Origin: Nitrospirota bacterium
GTDB lineage: Bacteria; Nitrospirota; Thermodesulfovibrionia; Thermodesulfovibrionales; Dissulfurispiraceae
NCBI GenBank assembly: GCA_040758355.1
Contig: JBFLWF010000005.1
Span: 1 to 64,000 of the forward strand
DNA: 64,000 bases
Direction: 5' to 3'
Part shown: positions 48,792-58,163 of the stretch, one piece after another
Numbering within the stretch: position 1 is the first letter of the stretch
How the letters are laid out: the number at the start of each line of letters is the position of its first letter
Translations under genes and position numbers: made by a program
Notes under the pieces: model-generated
The model's input: only the letters and a program-made list of their open reading frames with translations
What the model was told of the DNA's origin: nothing
Database searches by the model: none

Positions 48792-50147
48792 CTATTTTAT
48801 CTCCTGAATATCCATTCCTGTTGCGTATAAAAGGTTCGCAAATGACATCCTGTGATTATATATGGAACGGAGATTATTTGCCTTCATCTGTGCATAAGCC
48901 ATTGCAGCATCTGCCACTTCCTTTGCATCGCCTATTCCCATATCGAAGTTTGCCACTGCCGCGACAAGCCACTTCCTCGCATTTTTATATGCCTTCTCTG
49001 TCTCCACAATGTTCTTCTTTGCCTCTTCCATATCGAGATACGCCTTTCTCACCTGAAAAGGTATGGCCTCGTCGGCAAACTTCTTCTTCTCTATCAATTT
49101 ATGATATTCAGCCCGGGCTTCTTTCACCCTTCCCTCTGTTATTCCAAAATCTATAGACCATTTAAGCCCCATGAACGCAGCACCGTAGGAATGGTTGAAA
49201 TTATCATAAATATATGGGTTGTCCACTTTATCCCTGTTTGTTGCACCTGCTATGGATGCCTTTAAACCCACAAACAAATGAGGATAGTAATTGCTCTTCT
49301 CTACACCGACAAGGGCATTTCTTGCGTTCAGTCCCTCTTTAAGCTGGATAAATTCAGGCCTTAACTCCACGGCATTTTTTAAATAATTATTCAGCTCTTC
49401 CGGAATTCTTATTTCGGGTGTCAGGGACAGCTCGGCAGTATCAAAATCAGTTCCCCTCGGAAGCCCAATGCTGGTAACGATGGCATCCTTTGCGAGTGTG
49501 ATTCCCTTTTCTGCCTCGTTCAGATTCTTATCCACCTCTCCTAAGAACGCCCTGAGTTTAAATAAGTTGACCTCATCTGCCCATGGAGAGCCTATCTCGA
49601 TCTGCTTTTCTGCCTTTTTTATGGATTCGACAAGCTCGTCCTTGACCTCCAGGACAAGGTTTCTCATGTCCTTTGCAAGGAGGAGGCTGTAATACAATTC
49701 CTTAGTCCTTAAAACGATATCCGATGTTTTCTTGTCCACGCCTGCCTTTGCCACTTTCATGCCGCTCGAGGCAGCCTCTCTATAACTGCTTATCTTGCCG
49801 AACGTATATACAGGCTGGATTAATGTCGCATCAGCACTGCCGAATATTCCATTAATCGTTGTTGCCACTGATGTATTAATTGAAGGGCTTATATATTCCC
49901 TTTTTGCTTCTGGAGAAGGTCCTGTTATTGCAAGCACCTCGATCTGAGGATAGACTGCCGAATCCGCCTGTAGCTTTTTCGATTTATATGCCTCCTCGTC
50001 ATAGCGCGATTCGCCTATCTCCGGGCTGACCTCAACAGCCTTCTTTATGCATTGATCGAGATTCAAGACAATCTTTCGATTGGTATCTTGCCCATAGGCT
50101 GGTGGTAAAATCAATAAGCAGAAAGCAATCGCCACCCATTTCACCAT
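48792..50147 (-). CDS. TolC-family outer membrane protein
   Basis: Signal peptide, QPVYTFGK, RPE, two-repeat helical architecture, LLYATG C-terminus. Confidence 0.82.
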   Translation of the reverse strand: MVKWVAIAFCLLILPPAYGQDTNRKIVLNLDQCIKKAVEVSPEIGESRYDEEAYKSKKLQADSAVYPQIEVLAITGPSPEAKREYISPSINTSVATTINGIFGSADATLIQPVYTFGKISSYREAASSGMKVAKAGVDKKTSDIVLRTKELYYSLLLAKDMRNLVLEVKDELVESIKKAEKQIEIGSPWADEVNLFKLRAFLGEVDKNLNEAEKGITLAKDAIVTSIGLPRGTDFDTAELSLTPEIRIPEELNNYLKNAVELRPEFIQLKEGLNARNALVGVEKSNYYPHLFVGLKASIAGATNRDKVDNPYIYDNFNHSYGAAFMGLKWSIDFGITEGRVKEARAEYHKLIEKKKFADEAIPFQVRKAYLDMEEAKKNIVETEKAYKNARKWLVAAVANFDMGIGDAKEVADAAMAYAQMKANNLRSIYNHRMSFANLLYATGMDIQEIK

Positions 50148-50156
50148 GTTGCCCTC

Positions 50157-50597
50157 CTAAACTTCTCCAAATACGTACTTGGAAATCAACTCTTCGAGGT
50201 CCACTGCAGACTCGGTTTCCCTGATTTTTCCACCATCCGGAATAATCTTCTCAGAGCCTCCGGGTGCTATCTGGACATACTTCTCGCCTATAAGCCCCTT
50301 TGTCTTTATGGACGCTATGGCATCCTCCTGAATCTTTACATCCCTATAAATTGTGAGCTCAACCAATGCCTGATAATCATTAAGCCTTATGCTCTTTACC
50401 TTTCCAACCTCTACTCCTGCTATTTCAACGATAGAGCCCGATTTGATCCCGCCTGCCTTTTCAAACTCGGCATACACAGTATATCCCTTTCCGCCTATGA
50501 CCTCAAGCTTTCCCAACTTTATGGATATGTATCCGAGGGCAAGAATGCCTATCAGTACAAAAAAGCCTACAGCCAGTTCAAGGTCAAACTTCTTCAT
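50157..50597 (-). CDS. mlaD: MCE-domain protein MlaD
   Basis: N-terminal TM, AGVEVGKV, TKGLIGEKYV. Confidence 0.93.
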   Translation of the reverse strand: MKKFDLELAVGFFVLIGILALGYISIKLGKLEVIGGKGYTVYAEFEKAGGIKSGSIVEIAGVEVGKVKSIRLNDYQALVELTIYRDVKIQEDAIASIKTKGLIGEKYVQIAPGGSEKIIPDGGKIRETESAVDLEELISKYVFGEV

Positions 50598-50611
50598 TAC
50601 TATATACTCCT

Positions 50612-51355
50612 TTAAGGTTTAAACGATGGGACTTCCATACCAATTATAAACTGTCTCACTATTGGATTTAAAGAGTTTTTAATCTCATCTGGCGTCCCCA
50701 CCTCTACTATTACTCCATTATGAAGCATTGCGACCCTGTCGGCAACATCAAATATTTCAGGAATATCATGGCTTATTATCACGCCTGTAAAGCCGTATTT
50801 TTTATGGGTATCCATTATAAGTCTGTGGATGGAGTTCAGAATAATGGGATCAAGGCCTGTAGTCGGCTCATCAAAGAATACGATCTTCGGTTCCGTTATC
50901 AAGGCGCGGGCAAGTGCTACCCTCTTTCTCATGCCGCCGCTTATTTCCGCGGGATATTTTTTCTCCATACCCCAGAGCCCTACATCCTCAAGTGCCTGCA
51001 TTACCCTGTCATGGATCTCCTTTTTGCTCACCTTTGTTTTTTCCCTCAGTGGAAATGCTACATTTTCATAGACAGTTAGAGAGTCGAATAGTGCACCTCC
51101 CTGGAAGACCACGCCAAGCTTTTCTCTTATACTGTCCAGTTCCCTTCCGCCAAGCTTCGTGATATCAATGCCATCAACGAGCACGCTTCCTTTATCTGGT
51201 TTAAGAAGGCCGATAAGGTGCTTTAAAAACACGCTCTTGCCTCCTCCGCTCTTCCCTATGATGGCCATTAATTCTTTATCAAAAATAGTAAGATTTACAC
51301 CATCCAAAACCCTCTGGCTATCGAAGGATTTCTCAAGGTCTATAACTTCTATCAT
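50612..51355 (-). CDS. mlaF: ABC ATPase MlaF
   Basis: GKSGGGKS, FQGGALFDS, ISGGMRKRV, DEPTTGLDP. Confidence 0.9.
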   Translation of the reverse strand: MIEVIDLEKSFDSQRVLDGVNLTIFDKELMAIIGKSGGGKSVFLKHLIGLLKPDKGSVLVDGIDITKLGGRELDSIREKLGVVFQGGALFDSLTVYENVAFPLREKTKVSKKEIHDRVMQALEDVGLWGMEKKYPAEISGGMRKRVALARALITEPKIVFFDEPTTGLDPIILNSIHRLIMDTHKKYGFTGVIISHDIPEIFDVADRVAMLHNGVIVEVGTPDEIKNSLNPIVRQFIIGMEVPSFKP

Positions 51356-51364
51356 CTGTTCTCC

Positions 51365-51450
51365 AAGTAATTAAGTCATTAAGTTATTAAGTTATTGATA
51401 ACCAAGAAATCGACAATCCAATTACTCATTTACCCATTTACTTAATAACT
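51365..51450. repeat. inverted pair of octamer arrays
   Basis: (AAGTNATT)x4 followed by degenerate complementary TTACTCAT/TTACTTAA units. Confidence 0.6.
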
Positions 51451-52220
51451 TACAACAATACCGAGCCTAAGAAGTAATCCCATATAAGAATTAATACAGA
51501 AGACATGACAACCGCCTCTGTGGTTGCTTTGCTGACGCCTTCTGCTCCGTACCCCGTATAAAAACCTTTATAGCAGCATACCCATGAGACAATAACTCCA
51601 AAACTGATGGACTTGTATATTCCCTGCCTTATATCTTCCATATCGACAAAAACCTCCATCTGGGAGAAATAAGTCCCCTCGCTCATTCCTAAAAGTTTTA
51701 CTGCAACGGCATAACCACCGTATATGCCGATTACATCGAAAATAGCTGCAAGCAAGGGGAAAACCATTATTGCAGCAACCATATTTGGAACGATCAGATA
51801 CCTCATTGGATTCAGAGCCATTGCAGTAAGAGCATCGATCTGCTCGCTGATCCTCATTATGCCAATCTCGGCAGTAAGAGCAGAGCCTGCCCTTCCTGTG
51901 ACCATAAGGGCAGAAAGCACGGGACCGAGCTCCCTTATAAGACTTAAGGCTATGGCAGGACCTAATAATGCCTCGGAGCCGAATTTTCTTAAGGTATAAA
52001 ATAACTGAAGGGCAAGTACCATGCCTGTGAATGAGCCTGTAAGAAGGATTATCGCCATGGACTTGTTTCCGAAAAACCTAATCTGCTTCAGAAGCAAGCC
52101 AAACTTAAAGGGAGGAACAAAAATAAAATAAAAGGCATTTACCATGAATGTGGACATATGTCCCATTCTCCTGATGACAGAGAGTGCCCATGAGCCCAAT
52201 ATCCTTAATAATTTTTCCAT
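51450..52220 (-). CDS. mlaE: ABC permease MlaE
   Basis: FTGMVLALQ, IRELGPV, GRAGSA.TAEIG.MR.SEQIDA. Confidence 0.93.
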   Translation of the reverse strand: MEKLLRILGSWALSVIRRMGHMSTFMVNAFYFIFVPPFKFGLLLKQIRFFGNKSMAIILLTGSFTGMVLALQLFYTLRKFGSEALLGPAIALSLIRELGPVLSALMVTGRAGSALTAEIGIMRISEQIDALTAMALNPMRYLIVPNMVAAIMVFPLLAAIFDVIGIYGGYAVAVKLLGMSEGTYFSQMEVFVDMEDIRQGIYKSISFGVIVSWVCCYKGFYTGYGAEGVSKATTEAVVMSSVLILIWDYFLGSVLL

Positions 52221-52232
52221 ATAAAAGCTTTA

Positions 52233-52440
52233 TCTAAATTCTAATTTAGAAAATATATGTCAGGTACGGCGAAAAGACTTTAAACTCCGCACTTGTATTA
52301 ACATCTCTCCTGTATCCGTAATCTACAACATTGAATACTTGTTGGATAATGCAATTATAATCTTTTATAATACACTTGAACTAACACTTTTTAAAGTCTT
52401 CGAGCCGTGCCTGACATATATAATAACCGCTCAATTTAGC
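52233..52440. mobile_element. MITE-like element, copy 2
   Basis: Inner IR ATATATGTCAGG..CCTGACATATAT (52253-52421); right outer AACCGCTCAATTTAG. Confidence 0.75.
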
Positions 52441-52474
52441 CTTTAATAATAAAAAATGCCTGTAGTGTTGTCAA

Positions 52475-53347
52475 TTAATTTTGCTTTAAAACCGTTACTT
52501 TTTCGCCTTTGTTGATATCAAAGAGCCTTGAAGCGCTATCCATATTAACAAAGAACTCTAAATGGCCGGAACTATTGATGAGGCAGTAAAGGCTGTTGTC
52601 AGACGCCTGAGAGTAGTTTTTTACAGTCCGGACAATTTTACCTTTTATTTCCACCGAAAATTTTTCGCCCAATCCCTGCAAATCGCTTTTTCTGATATTG
52701 GTAATTACATTCCCAAATGTGTCTACATAAATAATTTCCCCAGAAATCTTATCCCCTTCAACCTTCGGCAACGGAACTTCAAACCTCTTAAAGTCGTCAA
52801 TTGTGCATCCGAATGCTTCTAATGCAATCCCCTTCGATAGCCATGCAGCAACAGGGGCAAATACATCCCTCCCCTGAAAAGTCGGACTGTCTATAGCCCA
52901 CAAGGGGGACATTGTCCCCCTTGTGAAAACCCCCTTTAAAGCATGGTTCCCAAAAAATCTCCAGATTTTTTGCGGTGTTGCCTCTGTTATTTGAATAACC
53001 TTTAATTTTTCTGAAAAAGACATTACATAAGAGAAAATCCCGTTATCAGGACCTACGAAATAGTAACCGTCTGCCTCAATGATGATAGGCCTTCTTTCAG
53101 AGCCGACCCCAGGGTCAACGACTGCAATATGAATGGTTTCTGACGGAAAATATTTATAACTGGAGCCAATGATGAATGCACATTCTTCTATCTTATGCGG
53201 CTCTATTCCGTGGGTTATATCAACAAGAGTTACAGAGGGGTTTATGGATAAGATAACCCCCTTCATCTCGCCGACAAAAGGGTCTTTGTATCCGAAGTCT
53301 GTAGTTAGGGTAATTATTTTATGCCTTAAGGCTTCCGATGATCTCAT
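52475..53347 (-). CDS. SAM hydrolase / SAM-dependent halogenase family (DUF62)
   Basis: [37 protein letters not shown]. Confidence 0.9.
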   Translation of the reverse strand: MRSSEALRHKIITLTTDFGYKDPFVGEMKGVILSINPSVTLVDITHGIEPHKIEECAFIIGSSYKYFPSETIHIAVVDPGVGSERRPIIIEADGYYFVGPDNGIFSYVMSFSEKLKVIQITEATPQKIWRFFGNHALKGVFTRGTMSPLWAIDSPTFQGRDVFAPVAAWLSKGIALEAFGCTIDDFKRFEVPLPKVEGDKISGEIIYVDTFGNVITNIRKSDLQGLGEKFSVEIKGKIVRTVKNYSQASDNSLYCLINSSGHLEFFVNMDSASRLFDINKGEKVTVLKQN

Positions 53348-54260
53348 TTATATCAGACAGCCCTTCCTCTATCAGAAACTTTTCAAGCCCTTCTATTATT
53401 TCGATAGTCGCAGTTGGATTTATGAAATTTGCAGTACCGACAGCAACAGCCCTTGCACCTGCTATCAAAAATTCGAGGGCATCATTGGCAGCCATTATCC
53501 CTCCCATGCCTATAATGGGTATCTTTACTGCCTTATACACCTCCCATACCATCCTCACTGCTATTGGCCTTACAGCAGGACCTGAAAGCCCGCCTGTGTT
53601 ATTTGCAAGCACCGGCCTCCGTTTTTTCACATCCACGACCATACCGGTTATGGTATTTATCAGAGATATCGCATCAGCGCCTGCGTTTTCCGCTACTTTT
53701 GCCGTAAGACCGATGTCCGTAACATTGGGTGAAAGCTTGACTATCAGGGGAAGATCGGTCGTTTTCCTCACAGCAGTTACAACATGCTCCATTGTTTTAG
53801 GATCTGTTCCGAAGACTATCCATCCTGCCTGTTTATTCGGGCATGATATATTCATCTCAAGGGCATGAACACCCTCTGCATTGCTCAGCACCTCTGCTGC
53901 ATGAATGTATTCATCTATGCTGTCTCCAAAGAAATTTGCAATGACAGGGGTATTGAATTGCCTTAAAAAGGGGAGTTTATCTTTTATAAACGCCTTAACA
54001 CCTATATTTTGAAGTCCAATGGCATTGAGCATTCCTGCAGGTGTTTCCACAATTCTCGGCGTTGGATTGCCTTGCCTCGGTGTGATGGAAAGTCCTTTAA
54101 CAACAATCGCTCCGAGCCTATTCAAATCAAGAAACTCTGAATATTCCTCTCCATATCCGAATGTGCCTGATGCGGTCATCACAGGATTCTTAAGCTTTAA
54201 TCCCGCGATATCTACCGATAAGTTCGGAGTTCTGAGTTCGGAGTTTGGAGTTATTCCCAT
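53319..54260 (-). CDS. pyrD: dihydroorotate dehydrogenase B, catalytic subunit
   Basis: ASGTFG, NAIGLQN, NISCPN, VKLSPN, GGLSG. Confidence 0.96.
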   Translation of the reverse strand: MGITPNSELRTPNLSVDIAGLKLKNPVMTASGTFGYGEEYSEFLDLNRLGAIVVKGLSITPRQGNPTPRIVETPAGMLNAIGLQNIGVKAFIKDKLPFLRQFNTPVIANFFGDSIDEYIHAAEVLSNAEGVHALEMNISCPNKQAGWIVFGTDPKTMEHVVTAVRKTTDLPLIVKLSPNVTDIGLTAKVAENAGADAISLINTITGMVVDVKKRRPVLANNTGGLSGPAVRPIAVRMVWEVYKAVKIPIIGMGGIMAANDALEFLIAGARAVAVGTANFINPTATIEIIEGLEKFLIEEGLSDINEIIGSLKA

Positions 54261-55018
54261 ATAATATCCTTTATGTCAAATACAGGTCCTTCTTTGCAAA
54301 CCCTTTTATTGCCTGAAACAGTTTTGATAACACAGCCAAGGCATGCACCTACACCGCATGCCATGTGTTCTTCCAAGGAAACATAACACTTTATATCTTT
54401 GCCTGCAACAACTTTAGAGAGTTCTCTCAACATCGGTGTTGGGCCGCAAGCGTAAAGAGGTAATGGGTAATGGGTAATGGGTAATGAGTTAAAAAACTTC
54501 ATTAAAGAATCTGTTATTAATCCCTTTTCCCCTTCAGAGCCGTCATCTGTAGTTATAAATGATTCTTTTGATAGGGCCTTTGCTTCATTTAGCATTACCA
54601 GTTCTTCCTTGTTCCTCGCACCATAGAAAAGATGGGCCTTGTTTTTAAATCTCGCCAGAAGATGCAATAATGAGGCAATCCCGATGCCGCCTGCAAGGGC
54701 AATGAAATCGCCATGGGGTTCTGGATAACTGTTTCCAAGTGGACCGATTGCATTAATAATATCTCCGCTTTTAAGGTGCGAAAGCGATAGTGTCCCTTTG
54801 CCCCTTATCCTGTAAAGAAAGCTCAGCGAATTATCTTCATGTCTGAAAATACTAAAGGGCCGTTTTAAAAGCGGGTCGTAGGTATCGCCAGCCTGAAGCA
54901 TATAGAATTGGCCCGGTTGAGGAATGTCTATGTCCGATAATGGACTGAGATTTAATAACCTGAAGTGTTTGTTTAAAGAGATGTTATCGACTGTCTTTGC
55001 TTTGAAGTATTTAGACAA
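54251..55018 (-). CDS. pyrK: dihydroorotate dehydrogenase electron transfer subunit
   Basis: [34 protein letters not shown]. Confidence 0.94.
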   Translation of the reverse strand: MSKYFKAKTVDNISLNKHFRLLNLSPLSDIDIPQPGQFYMLQAGDTYDPLLKRPFSIFRHEDNSLSFLYRIRGKGTLSLSHLKSGDIINAIGPLGNSYPEPHGDFIALAGGIGIASLLHLLARFKNKAHLFYGARNKEELVMLNEAKALSKESFITTDDGSEGEKGLITDSLMKFFNSLPITHYPLPLYACGPTPMLRELSKVVAGKDIKCYVSLEEHMACGVGACLGCVIKTVSGNKRVCKEGPVFDIKDIIWE

Positions 55019-55484
55019 AGTTAATCTCTGTGATCTCGTATTCTATAGTCCTTGCAGGCGCCTTTACTACTGCGACATCGCCCACCTCTTTTCCAATCAG
55101 TGCCCTTCCTACAGGTGAGCTTATGGAGATCTTTCCGCTTTTTACATTAGCCTCGTCAGGACCTACAAGGGTGAATTCATACTCTGTATCAGCCTCTATA
55201 TCAACAACCTTTACCTTTGCACCAAATGCAATCTTTGACTGGTTTATCCTGGCCGGGTCTATGACATCAGCCATTGCCAGTTTTGCCTGAAGTTCCTGAA
55301 TACGCCCTTCTATAAAAGACTGCCGCTCCTTTGCAGCATGGTATTCCGCATTTTCTGACAGATCGCCATGCGCTCTCGCCTCGGCTATGTCCTGTATGTT
55401 CTTGGGTCTTTCTACCTTTATAAGTCTATCAAGCTCGTCCTTGAGCTTCTGATAGCCTTCGGGTGTCATTGGGACACGATTCAT
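55011..55484 (-). CDS. greA: transcription elongation factor GreA
   Basis: GDLSENAEY, SPVGRALIG. Confidence 0.96.
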   Translation of the reverse strand: MNRVPMTPEGYQKLKDELDRLIKVERPKNIQDIAEARAHGDLSENAEYHAAKERQSFIEGRIQELQAKLAMADVIDPARINQSKIAFGAKVKVVDIEADTEYEFTLVGPDEANVKSGKISISSPVGRALIGKEVGDVAVVKAPARTIEYEITEINFV

Positions 55485-55608
55485 TATAGTTACATCCTCC
55501 GCAAACCGTTTAAACTTTCAAACTATTTAAGATTAAGAATAACACTTTCACATCGATTTTTTCAAAACCATAATCCGTAGTCAAGGGAAGCAGGCACGGG
55601 GATTGAAA

Positions 55609-56043
55609 TTACGTCTTTTGTGTCTCTTTTGACAGAGAAGGCACCGGAACCCTGAAGGAATAACGCTCGTCTTCGAGGATTATCTGTGTTGCCTTTAGTT
55701 TGGATATGTTAACAATTATAGGGGCCTTTAAATTTGCATTCAGCCTGTTATCAGCAACATTGAGAATTACAAGGACAATGGTCTCTGCTACATCCGTGAT
55801 CTCAAGGAATTGTTCAACATCGTCCTCTATAGTAAGAGAGTAGTCAGGGAAAAGGCCAAAGGGCTCGGTAACTATAAATGCAATATCGGGATCATCCACT
55901 GCGTGAAGCCACTTTATAGGGTCTTTATAGTCCAGAAGTATGTACCTTTTCAGATTGGTAAATCCAGGGATTCCCAATGGGAAATTAATAATCTTGGCAT
56001 CTTCTATTTCTATTTCCCCGAATCTTGTCGTATTTATTTTCAT
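55609..56043 (-). CDS. fliW: flagellar assembly factor FliW
   Basis: TTRFG, FPLGIPGF, ANLKAPII; adjacent to csrA. Confidence 0.93.
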   Translation of the reverse strand: MKINTTRFGEIEIEDAKIINFPLGIPGFTNLKRYILLDYKDPIKWLHAVDDPDIAFIVTEPFGLFPDYSLTIEDDVEQFLEITDVAETIVLVILNVADNRLNANLKAPIIVNISKLKATQIILEDERYSFRVPVPSLSKETQKT

Positions 56044-56061
56044 CTTCACCCCGGACAATTG

Positions 56062-56289
56062 TTAAGTATTTTTTATTTCAAGAAAATCCTTAAGTTTATC
56101 CATATCCAATTTTGCCGATTCCACATTCAACTGCTTCAATTTTTCGTAAAGTTCTTCTCTGTAGATGGGAAGCTCGCGGGGCGCTTCGATTCCAAGTTTT
56201 ACAAAGCCATTACCGATCTCGACAATTTTAATTTTTATATTGTCTCCGATGTTTATTGTCTGATTGGCTTTTCGTGTTAGAACAAGCAT
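56062..56289 (-). CDS. csrA: carbon storage regulator CsrA
   Basis: MLVLTRK, VKLGIEAP, IYREE, plus C-terminal extension typical of FliW-paired CsrA. Confidence 0.96.
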   Translation of the reverse strand: MLVLTRKANQTINIGDNIKIKIVEIGNGFVKLGIEAPRELPIYREELYEKLKQLNVESAKLDMDKLKDFLEIKNT

Positions 56290-56308
56290 TTTATCCTTAT
56301 GTTCCGGC

Positions 56309-58069
56309 TCATTTTAAGAAGTCAAAGAGACTTGTTCTTAAGAAGTCTGATGAAGCTACACGCAGGCTCTCCAATGCAGCCTGACTTTGTACCAGTTCAG
56401 ATGTCAGTTTTGGAATATCGGCATCCTGATCATTGGATATGTATGTACTTAAATCATATTCCCTGTTATCCTGGAATCTCCCTTCTGCATCGAGTTTATT
56501 CAATCTGGCTCCCACCTCTGCCTGCTGCTGATAAACTTTTTCTGCCACCTTGCCGACATAATCAATTGCCTTCTGTATTCTTCCCGTATCGTTCATTTCG
56601 AGGGAGACTTTTAAGAAGTGCAGTGCCCTCAATATATTGTTCTCGTTGAGATAGTTGTTATTAAAACTGTAATAGTTGGGATTGTTGGTTCTGTCGGTAA
56701 TGTAGTTATAATTCGCAATACCGTCTGCGTCGAGTTTCATATTTGACTTAACCGTGTCGTCCTGATAGTCCGGGTCAAACGAGAATCTGTTAAGGCCAGC
56801 CCCCGCACCGTCACTTACGGCCTGGGATGCAACAATTTTAACCTCTCCGGATTGTCCGACCGGATTCGAAGCAATAACGAGCCTGTAATCGTTGGTTGCA
56901 AACTTTATAATATTCGCCTTTACACTTGCATTCGCCTTATTTATAGTATCGCGGACCTGATTTAAAGTTGCACCTGCGGCTAAATTAACATCCCCTACAC
57001 TGCTGTCGCTGGTAATGCCTGTACCTATTGTCTTGTCCGTAGAATTGAATCCGAGAATTTGTTCTATCGTATTATTCGCATGACCAAATTCTATGGTCGT
57101 TGCTCCTGCCGAGGTAATGTTAAATTTCCTTGTATCGGTATCGTAGGTTGCCTTTATCAATGTCCCTCCACCGAGGGCAGAAAGGGCTGTCGCAAACTCG
57201 CTGCCGGTATAAATATTATTGGCAATTGCGTAGTCATTACCGTCAATTCTGATCGTGTTATTCGAGGCATTTATGAGAAATCCTCCAGCAGATGCTGTGG
57301 CATCGTTCTCCCCTACCGTTATAGTCAGGAAACCCCCATTAGTTGTACCTGAATTGGCAACAGTAGGATTGGCCTCGCCACCTCCGTCTCTCATATGTAT
57401 TGCAGATAACGGATCTGCATCCGGAGGGGTCTCCGGCTCTCCGGTAAGGGGGTCATTTGTTGAGTCAAAATTGTAGTTATATGACGGTAAAACAGCGTTT
57501 TGAGGATCGGTTGAATTTACCCGCTTGAAACTGAATAATTCGCTTGCCGGGATGTTTAACCCGATCTCTATGGTCTGGCTTATATTTATCTCGAAGATAT
57601 TGGTATCGGCAACAAACTCACCTGTGTTGACATCGACAGGTGCAATATTTGATTTAAAGCCCGAGAATATATATCTATCGCCGACTTTCGTATTTGCGAT
57701 GCCAACGGCGCTTTCAAACAGAACGCCCACTTCCCGTGCAATCATGAGTCTCGAATTTGGGTCAGTGGTACCTGTTGCTCCGCTCAGTGAAAGTTCCTTT
57801 GCCCTTATTAAGATATCATTTAACCCTGAGAAGGACGAATCTGCAGCCTCAAGAGAGCCTTTAGCTGAATCTATTGCCCTTTTGTACTCACCGATTGCCG
57901 ATATATGCGTTGTGTAACCGATAATCCTCGACATTGCCGTAGGATCATCGGAAGGACGATTAATCTTTTTCCCTGTTGCGATCTGTTCGCTGGCCTTGAA
58001 TATAGATTCCATGTTCCTCTGCATATCGGAAAGAAACCTGTCATAGAACATCTTTGTAGTAATCCTCAT
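56309..58069 (-). CDS. flgL: flagellar hook-associated protein 3
   Basis: TGKKINRPSDDP, YIFSG, VGAR, SLFDFLK. Confidence 0.92.
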   Translation of the reverse strand: MRITTKMFYDRFLSDMQRNMESIFKASEQIATGKKINRPSDDPTAMSRIIGYTTHISAIGEYKRAIDSAKGSLEAADSSFSGLNDILIRAKELSLSGATGTTDPNSRLMIAREVGVLFESAVGIANTKVGDRYIFSGFKSNIAPVDVNTGEFVADTNIFEINISQTIEIGLNIPASELFSFKRVNSTDPQNAVLPSYNYNFDSTNDPLTGEPETPPDADPLSAIHMRDGGGEANPTVANSGTTNGGFLTITVGENDATASAGGFLINASNNTIRIDGNDYAIANNIYTGSEFATALSALGGGTLIKATYDTDTRKFNITSAGATTIEFGHANNTIEQILGFNSTDKTIGTGITSDSSVGDVNLAAGATLNQVRDTINKANASVKANIIKFATNDYRLVIASNPVGQSGEVKIVASQAVSDGAGAGLNRFSFDPDYQDDTVKSNMKLDADGIANYNYITDRTNNPNYYSFNNNYLNENNILRALHFLKVSLEMNDTGRIQKAIDYVGKVAEKVYQQQAEVGARLNKLDAEGRFQDNREYDLSTYISNDQDADIPKLTSELVQSQAALESLRVASSDFLRTSLFDFLK

Positions 58070-58076
58070 AATTTTC

Positions 58077-58157
58077 AAGTAGTTAAGTATTTAAGTAGTT
58101 AAGTATTTAAGGGAAAGAATTTCTAACCCCTTAACTACTTAACACCTTGACTACTTG
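58077..58157. repeat. inverted pair of octamer arrays
   Basis: (AAGTAGTT/AAGTATTT)x4 ... TTAACTAC/TTAACACC/TTGACTAC. Confidence 0.7.
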
Positions 58158-58163
58158 TTACCA

